Source of the DNA: an uncultured bacterium
Lineage (GTDB): Bacteria > Muiribacteriota > UBA9980
Reading direction: 5' to 3'
Length of the DNA: 64,000 nt
Assembly: GCA_964421195.1 (NCBI GenBank)
Contig: CAYQWL010000001.1
Span: forward strand, 5,203-69,202
Shown here: positions 49,501 through 58,400 of the stretch, piece after piece
Layout: every line of letters starts with the position of its first letter
Position numbering within the stretch: the first letter of the stretch is position 1
Made by a program: the position numbers and the translations under genes
The notes under the pieces: model-generated
What the model was told of the DNA's origin: nothing
The model's input: the letters and a program-made list of their open reading frames with translations, nothing else
Databases searched by the model: none

Positions 49501-52431
49501 GGCGGGATCGGACACTTCTGAAAGGCTTACCGATGCGATGCCGTCGATATATTTAGAGCCGTCGAATGCATTGACGTAATAGTCGTAATACCAGACGGCC
49601 GGAGCGGATTTATCGCGCGTCATCGCGGCGTTTTTAATATCTTCGGAACCCGGCTGGTCTATGCTGATTTTAACGGCGCTGCCGTCCGCTGGCAATTCCG
49701 AATACGAGGCCGTTATGCGCATAACGCCTTCTCCGGCGGGATTGGCGCTATATGAAAGCGACACGGAAGGCCGCGTGGTATCGATTATAAACGATACGCT
49801 CGATTTAGCGGAAAGCCCGCCTTTTTGGGCCGCGGCGGATACCTCGATAATATAACTGCCGTCTTCGCTCACAGATGCGCCTTTTTCAAAAGCGGCCGGA
49901 GCGCTTCCAAACTTAGTGAGCGTCGCGCTCGTCGTAACGCCATCAGTTTCGTTCCATGAAAGCGTAACGGGTTTATTATAATAAGCACCGTTCACCGCGC
50001 CCGTTATCTTCGGCGCGGCCGGACCGGTTTCAGTTTTAACGCCTTCTTTAGTAAAAGTAATCGACGCTTTACTCGTAAGCGGATTCGAATATTCGAATGA
50101 ATTGTTATAAACTGCCGTAGCGGTTATTTCAAGCGTATATTCACCGTCTTCTTTTATGATCGAATTTTTCGAATAATCGGCCGGCTGGCCGCCTTTTTTG
50201 GATAATTTAGCCGAGTACGAAGCGGCGGGGTCTTCGCTCCATGTAACGTAAACGCCATCTTCCTTCGTAAGCACCGACAGCGCGGGCGACTGCGGCGCGG
50301 CGGTATTGACCATAAATGAAATATCAGTTATATTGGTAAGGCCGTTCGCCGCGCGCGCCGTTACTACGAGCCGGTTCAGGCCGTTATACGATATCGGCGT
50401 GCCTTTTATATACTCGACGGGGCCGTTTTGACCGGCGGCATATAAAAACGCTTTAATAACCGCGCCGCGCTGGTCTTCCCAGCTCGCCGAAACCGGCGCC
50501 GTATATCCGCGTTTTGAAGCGACGCCGGTAACTACGGGCTTCGCCGGAGCGTCGGCGTTGATCGTAAAATTAAGAACCGAAGCGGATTTTAAGCCGTTCG
50601 ATTTCTTTTGCGCGTTGAGCTCTACACGATAGGAACCGTTCGCTGTGATAAGCGCGCCGTTTGAAAGCTGCTGCGGATTGCCATTATCTTTTATAACAAA
50701 CGCCTTCGTCGTTACGCCTAAAATTTCAGTCCATGAAATTTTAACGCCTTCAGAAACCGTGATGCCTTCTTCAGCGCCGCTTATTACAGGCGACGCCGGA
50801 GGCGTCTGGTCGATAGTAAAATTAATTTCAGTTTTCGAATCGAGGTTATTCGACATTTTAACGGCCTGCACAATAAGCCTGTAGCGGCCGTCTTCGTTTA
50901 TCGGATAACCGTTGCCGTAATTAAGCGGCGTCTGTTCGTCGTCTTTATAAAGATGCGACGAATAGAAAACTCCGGGCGCTTCCTTCCATGACGCTTTTAC
51001 GCCCGCCGCGTAAACCGCTTCGGCTTTAACGCCTTCGACCGCCGGCATATCAGGCGGCAGAGTATCTATCGTAAACGATAATTTAGAGCGGTTGGTAAGG
51101 CCGTTGGATTTCTTTTCAGCCTTCACTTCAAGCGAGTATTTGCCGTTTTTAGATATTAACGAGCCGTTTTTAAATTCAACGGGATTGCCGCCGTCTTTTT
51201 CGAGCAATGCGTAATAAGCGACGCCGTCTTCTTCAGGCCATGAAAGCGTTACGGCCTTCGCGCTTACCGCGCCTTCGAGCGCGCCCGATACTTTCGGAGC
51301 GAGCGGGCCGGAATAAAATCCGTCGGCCATACGACTGAAACGCATCGTCGATTTAGTAGAAAGACCGTTTAAAAGTTTTTTCGCGGTTACTTCGATTACA
51401 TATTTACCTTCTTCGGATATTTCGGCGTTTTTATCATAAGCCGCAGGCGCGCCGCCGTTTTTAGCGAGCGTAGCCGTGGTAGAGCATCCCTGCTGCTCGT
51501 TCCAGCTTACCACCGTCGGGCCGTTAAGCGGCGATTTTTCAACGATAGTTCCGCCGTAAGAAGGAGCGTTTTGCCCTTCGGCCGTTTTATTGATCAGGTC
51601 TATCAAAGGAGCCGCAGGCGAAGTTTTATCGATTATGAAAACCGCCGTGGTCGAGCTCGAAAATCCGTTCTGCTTTACCGCTGAAAGCGTGAATTCATAA
51701 CTTCCGTCGTCAATAACGGCTGTACCCTTCGAATATTCGCCGGTCGCGTCATTATCGCGCTTTATTTCGGCTTTATAATTTATACCGGATAATTCAGGCC
51801 AGTAAATAATCACCGGCGCCGAATAAACCGCGCCGTTAGTAAACCCGGCGAATTCAGGGACTTCAGGCGCCTTGCGGTCTATCGTAAAGCCTATGGTTTT
51901 AGAATTCGAAACGCCGCTTATATCGTTTTTGACGGTTAATTTCAGCGTATAATAGCCTTCTTCTGAAATTTTTTCGCCTTTTTTATAAACCGTTTCTTTA
52001 GAACCGTCGCGGGTATAAACGGCCGACGACGAAATGCCGGCTTCGTCCTGCCATGATGCGATTATATCTTCCGACGTATAAACGCCGTCTTTAACGCCGG
52101 TAATTTCAGGCACAGCCGGGACCGAGCGGTCTATTTTAAATTTAATCGACGCGCTCGACGATCTGCCGTTAGATTTATTGGTCGCGGTCACTTCAAGATA
52201 ATACGAACCTTCGAGGGTTATCGGTGAACCCGATTCATAAAACAGAGTTGTTTTTTCATCTTTAAACAATTTAGCGAGATAATTAACGCCTTCTGACTTT
52301 TCCCATGTAATGGTAACATTTTCAGAAGTAACGGCGTTATTGTCTATGCCCTTTAATACAGGCGCGGCAGGTTCGTTCTGATCGAGCGTAAATTTAACTC
52401 TCGAAACGGCTTTAAGCCCGTTATATTTCTT
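46558..52431 (-). pseudogene. Distal 1,958 codons of giant gene C, in frame downstream of an internal TAA. The ORF track reports 46558..52269 from an internal TTG. Content: β-sandwich modules, 4 'LSYSANPA' Ig-like units and a C-terminal β-propeller (IAKWDGxxWSxLG repeats).
   Basis: I translated 52270-52431 on the minus strand. There is no stop and the repeat module continues seamlessly ('EVTA*KKYNGLKAVSRVKFTLDQNEPAAPV...'). The β-propeller carries about eight 'IAKW(D/N)GxxWSxLGxG...GNxYxGGxF' blades. Confidence 0.7.
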
Positions 52432-55400
52432 TTACGCCGTCACTTCGAGTATATACTCGCCGTTTTCAATTATAGACGAATTTTTCTCATAAGGCGATTC
52501 TATATAACTCTGCGTGCTGGTCGTAGTAATTGCCTGCACTGAATTTTGAGACTGCTGCTTGAAATACTCTTCAAGCCGGCTTACAAAAAGTTTATTTCGC
52601 TTAAGTGTCGGGGATATATTTTCATCAAAAAACGAAAGGAATTCATCATTCCGGCCACGCATGATCATATCATAAAAATACCAGTCATTATTAGTCAACT
52701 GGAGCCTGTATATAGCCTCCAGAATATCATCATTCTGGCCATTGCCGCTCTGCTCCGTCTTAGTCTGAACGGTTGTTACTGATCCTGATTTAGTAATGCG
52801 CGCCGTGGTTTCGCAGCCGTCCTGGTCGTTCCACGACAATTTCAACTCGCCGCCGGCGGTCTCGCCGTTTTTAACGCCGCTTATAACCGGCGCGGCTGGC
52901 GATTTTTTATCTATGGTAAACGATATAACGCGCTTAGAAGATAATCCTGATTTAGGCTCTTTAGCTTCGAGTTCAAATGTGTACGAGCCGTCTTCGGTTA
53001 TCGCAGTTCCTTTTTTATAATCCGCGAACTCGCCGCCGTCTTTTTTAACGCGGCCGCCGGTAATAACGCTCGTTAAATCCTGCCAGTTAAGTGAAACGTC
53101 AAATCCCGTAACGGCCCCGTCTTCGACGCCGCGCACCTGCGGAGCTTCCGGCGCCACGAGTATCTGCATGGCTTCGCGGTTAAACGACACGGACGCTTTA
53201 GTTTCAAGCCCGTTAGCGGAGCGTTTGGCGGTAACCGTTACTATATAATTGCCTTTTTCCGATACCGCGCTGCCTTTGGCATAATTAGACTCCGCGCCGC
53301 CGTCTTTTGAAATTTTAGCCGTATAAACGACGCCTTCGGCTTCTGACCAGCTCACATAAGATTTGCCGTCTTCATCTTTTACGGATACGATCGGAACTTC
53401 AGGCGCGTTCATATCGATTATAAATGAAAGTTTTGAAGAAGACGAAAGCCCGTTCGTTTTTAACGCTTTAACCGTAAGAATATAACTTCCGTTTTCAGCC
53501 ACGGTGGAGTTTTTTGAATAAGGTTCGGGACTTCCGCCGTTTTTAGAAAGGCCGGCGCTGTATTTAATATCTGAAACTTCCTGCCATGAAAGTTTAACCG
53601 CGACGGCGGACACCGCGCCTTCGGTTATGCCCGTTATGACCGGCGCGGCTGGCGCATCGGTGTTAACTGTAAAATTAACCTTTTTAGATGCGCTGACGCC
53701 GGTCGAATTTTTCTTAGCGCTCAATTCGAGTACATAAGAACCGGATTCGCTTACCGGCGTGCCTTTTTTAAATTCAACGCCAGCCGCGCCGTTTTTATAC
53801 AACTTTGCGCCAAGCGTCACGCCTTCGATTTCATCCCAGGAAGGCTTAACTTCATAACCGTATATTCCATTTTCAGATACGCCCGTTATTTCAGGCAATT
53901 CCGGCTGGCGCGAATCTATCGTAAAATTAACCGATGATTCCGAAGTCAATAAATTACGGATGTTTTTAACGCTCACTTCGAGAGTGTAGGCGCCTTCTTC
54001 GCTCAATTCATAATTTTTAGCGTATTCAATTTTTAACCCGCCGTTTTTAACAAGACGCGCGCTCGATTCGCACCACTGTTGATCGTTCCAGAAAAGTTTA
54101 ACGGGGCCCGCCGTCACGGCGCCTTTTACAACGCCGGTTATAAGCGGCGCTGAAGGCGCGGTTTTATCGATAACGAATTTAACCGCCGAACTGTTCGACA
54201 GGCCTGTGCTGTTTTTAACGGCCTCGACCGTAAGGCTGTACTCGCCTTCTTCTTCAATTACCGTATCTTTTGTATAGTAAGCCTCATTGCCGCCTGTTTT
54301 AATTAATTTAGCGCGGGTGGTAACGCCTTCCTGCTCGTTCCAGCTAATCTGGACTTTACCGGCGGTATATGCGCCGTCGATTATGCCGCTTATTGCCGGC
54401 GCGGCGGGTTTCGCCTTATTTATCGTAAATTTTACGAGCGTTTTAGCCGTGCTGTTATTTAACGCGCGTGTCGCGCTTACTTCAAGAGAGTATTCACCGT
54501 CTTCAGTTATGACCGCGCCGTTTTGCAGTGCAGACGGAACGCCGCCGTTTTTAGAAATATAGCTCTGCAGCGATACTCCCGTACTGTCGCCGGCCGCTTC
54601 CCATTTAATCGTAACGTCATACGGCGTTATCGCGCCGTTTTCTACGCCGGAAACTACGGGCGGCGCAGGCGCTTCACGATCGATAGTAAACGATACGCTT
54701 TCTTTTGAAGTCTTCTGATTGGCGAGTTTCAGCGCCGTCACTTCTACAAGATATTTACCGCTCACGCTTATCATCGTGCCGCGGCCGTATCCGACCGCCG
54801 TGCCGCCGTTCTTACTTATAACGGCTGAATAAACTACACCGGCTTCCTCGCGCCACGACAGAACTACGTCGCGCGTTATCTGATCGCGCTTAGATTGAAT
54901 ATAACTATCTATCCATGCCTGATTTTCTTCCCGCATGTGAATATGATCAAAAATTATGCGCCTGCGTATATATGACAGATCAAGCTCGTCGTCAAGACCG
55001 GTTATTACAGGTTTTGCCGGAAGCGCCGAGTCTATTTTAAAACTGACCGCCGCCTTATTTTTAAGCCCGTTAAGCGCTTTTTCAGCGATTACTTCGAGAA
55101 TATAAGAGCCGTCCCGGGTAATTTGCGTATTTTTTTCGTAAAGAGACGCATCGCCGCCGTCTTTTTTAAGCAGCGCATAATATGAAACGCCCGAAACGCT
55201 TTCCCATGAAGCGAATACGGCATCGCTGTAATAACCGCCGTTATTAACACCGGTAATGACAGGATAATCCGGGCCGGCGTCAAATCCGGCGGGCGTTCTG
55301 TTAAAATAAAGAACGGCCGTAGATGAAAGCCCGTTGCGTTCTTTCAGCGCGGTTATAACGAGACTGAACTTCGACGCCTGCTCGTCGTCTATCTTGATAA

Positions 55401-58400
55401 CCGAGCCTTTTTCATAGTCGAATTCCTTCGATGAAGATACTTTTATCTTCGCGCTTATCTTAACGCCTTCTACTTCAGGCCATTCAAGGGCCGATTGGCC
55501 GTTTCCCTTATCTACATACTTAACTTCAGGCACGCGGGGCGCCGTATTATCTATTTCAAAACCGACCGCGCTGTCCTTTACAAGTCCGTTTTTCTTCCCG
55601 GCCGTTACTTTAACGCTGTATTTACCATTAGCAGCTACAGGCGAGCCTTTTACATAAGCGTAAGACCGGCCGCCTTCAGGCGTTACAACCGCGCTGTATT
55701 CATAATCTTCACGCGCTTCCCACGATACATATACCACGCCCGCGTTCACGGAACCGTCTTTCACGCCGCTTATTACGGGCGCTTCAGGATATACGCTATC
55801 GACGCTGAATTTTATAGTTTTTTTGTTGGATACGCCCGTAACATTATTTTTAACAGTGAGCGTTAAGCTATAAGAACCATCGCCTTCTATGAACGAGCCT
55901 TTTAAATATTCCGACGCCGTACCGCCGTTTTTCGAAATTAATGCGGTAACGCTTTCGCCGTCTTTTTCTTCCCAGGCGATGCGCGGCCCTGAAGCTAAAA
56001 TATCGCCGTCTTTTACGCCGGTTATAACCGGCACTTCAGGAACGGTCTTATCTATGGTAAATGAAAGCGACGACATATTCGAAAGCCCGTTAGATATCTT
56101 TTTCGCCGTTACTTCAATAACATAGGCGCCTTCCTCGCTTACTTCGGAATCTTTATTAAATATCATAGCGGCGCCCTGGTTTTTATATAGTTTCGCAAAA
56201 TATTCGACGCCGTTTACTTCCTGCCATGAAAGATTAACCGACTTCGCCGTTACCGTCTTATTTTCAACGCCGCTTATTACGGGCGCATCGGGTTTTTCTT
56301 TGTCTATAGTGAAAGATACTTTCGATACAGTTACCATCAAATTGCCGGTTTTTTTAGCGTAAACTTCTAATGTATAAACGCCTTCGTCTTTTATAGCGGA
56401 ATTTTTTTCGTATTCAACGCTGTCCATCAATGACAGCGAAGAAGTATTTTTAAATAATTTCGCCGTAGTTTCGACTCCGGCCTGTTCGTTCCAGCTCACT
56501 TTAACTTCAGACGCGGTTATCGCGCCTTCAGTTATACCGCTAATTACGGGCGCGGGCGGGGCTGTTTTATCGATAGTGAATGTTACGAAACTTTTCGAAG
56601 TCAGTCTGGTAAACGAATCTACCGCTTCCACTTCCACGATATAAACGCCTTCTTCATTTACCGGCGCGCCTTTTTCATAAGACGCGGCGTTACCGCCGTT
56701 TTTCTTAATAGAAGCCTTCGTGGTAGTGCCGTCGGCGGTTACCCATTCAATTTTTACGCTCTTTCCGACCACGGCATTATTTTCGACGCCTATGATTTCA
56801 ACTGCGCGCGGACCGACGACAAGATCGGTGAATAATCTGTTGAAATTAGCCTTAGCTATCGCTATAACGCCGTTATCGACGCGGCGCGCGGTGAGCGTAA
56901 GCGCGTATGCGCCTTTTTCATTAACAGGCGTTTTCATTATATAATCGACGGGCTCACCGCCGTCTTTTGCCAATTTAGCCGAATACGATACGCCGGGCTG
57001 TTCTTCCCACGAAACAACCGAAGCGCCGCCTTCGTCGGCGACCGTTATAAACGGCGTATCAGGGGCATCTTTATCGATTTTAAATTTTATGATTTTTGAT
57101 TTTTTTAATCCGTTCGGTTTAATTGCCGTTACGGTAACCGTATAAGAACCGGGCAATGATATTACGCTGTTTTTAAGATATCTTTCAGCCCGGCCGCCGT
57201 TTTTTGAAATTTCGGCGCGATAAACGATTTTATTCTTAGCGTTCGGGCCGTATAAAGGCGCGCCGAAATCACTTTCATCCCAGGCGATTCTTACTTCCGA
57301 TGAAGTAAGCGCGCCGTCTTCTATACCTGAAACCACAGGCGCTAAAGGCTCACTCTTATCAACGACGAATGAAATCGAACGGCTGTTTAGAGTGCCGGTA
57401 TCGTTTTTCTTAGCCTTTAGCGTCAAAACATAATTTCCGTCTTCACCGATCGGCGTTTTCTTGATGTATAAAGACGCTTCGCCGCTGTTTTTGCTTAATT
57501 CAGCCGTAAGCGTTACGCCTTCTATATCGTCCCAGCCGGCCGCGACTTCAGATGCGTTCTGGCTGTTATCGGCAATACCGCTTATATAGGGAACTTCGGG
57601 TACGCTCGAATCGATTTTAAATGGAAGTTTTTCAACTGCCGAAAGCCCGTTTTTCTCGTTCACCGAAGTTACTTCAAGCGCGTACGAACCATTCTCGGTT
57701 ATTTCATAGCCTTTAGCGTAATCAGCTTTAAGGCCGCCTTCTTTTATAAGCTTCGCCGTCGTTTTAGTCCACAGGGCATCCTGCCAGTAAAATATAACCG
57801 GCCGGGCCGATATTTCATCGGTGCCTATGCCTATTACGGCCGGAACTACGGGCGGCGTACGGTCGATCACGAAAGCCGCCGAAGCGCGATTGGTCGTATT
57901 ATTAGCCGTTTTTCTGACCAGCACTTCGAGAGTATATGCGCCTTCAACGCTTAATATCGAATTTTTTAAATATTGCGACGCTTCATTATTAAATATTATC
58001 TGCGCAGAAGATGAAACGCCTTCCTGCTCGTTCCATGTGAGCGAAACTTCATAAGGCGTTATGGCGCCGTCTTTTACGCCCGAAATAACGGGCGGCGCGG
58101 GCGCGGCGTTATCGTTGCGAATCTCATAAAACGCCGTTACCACTTCGGAATCGAGCATTTTATCTTTAACGGCGACCGCTTTGAATTGGACCGAACGGTT
58201 TATAGTAATCGGGCCGGAATATATTTCGCCGTTTTCAGCGCCGGGCGTTGTGCCGTCGGTGGTATATATAATTTTTGCATCTTTAACCTGAGTAATAATT
58301 TTTACCTTGAATTCGTTATATGAAGTGTATTTGCCCTCCTGCGGCGAAAAAACCGGCGCGGCAACTTCTTCGAGCACCGGCCCGACTATGTTTACATCAA

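Noticed and set aside
52432-52434. TAA as a reassigned sense codon
   Set aside because: TAA terminates other well-defined genes in the window, for example the epimerase at 1672-1674, so there is no evidence for an alternative genetic code.
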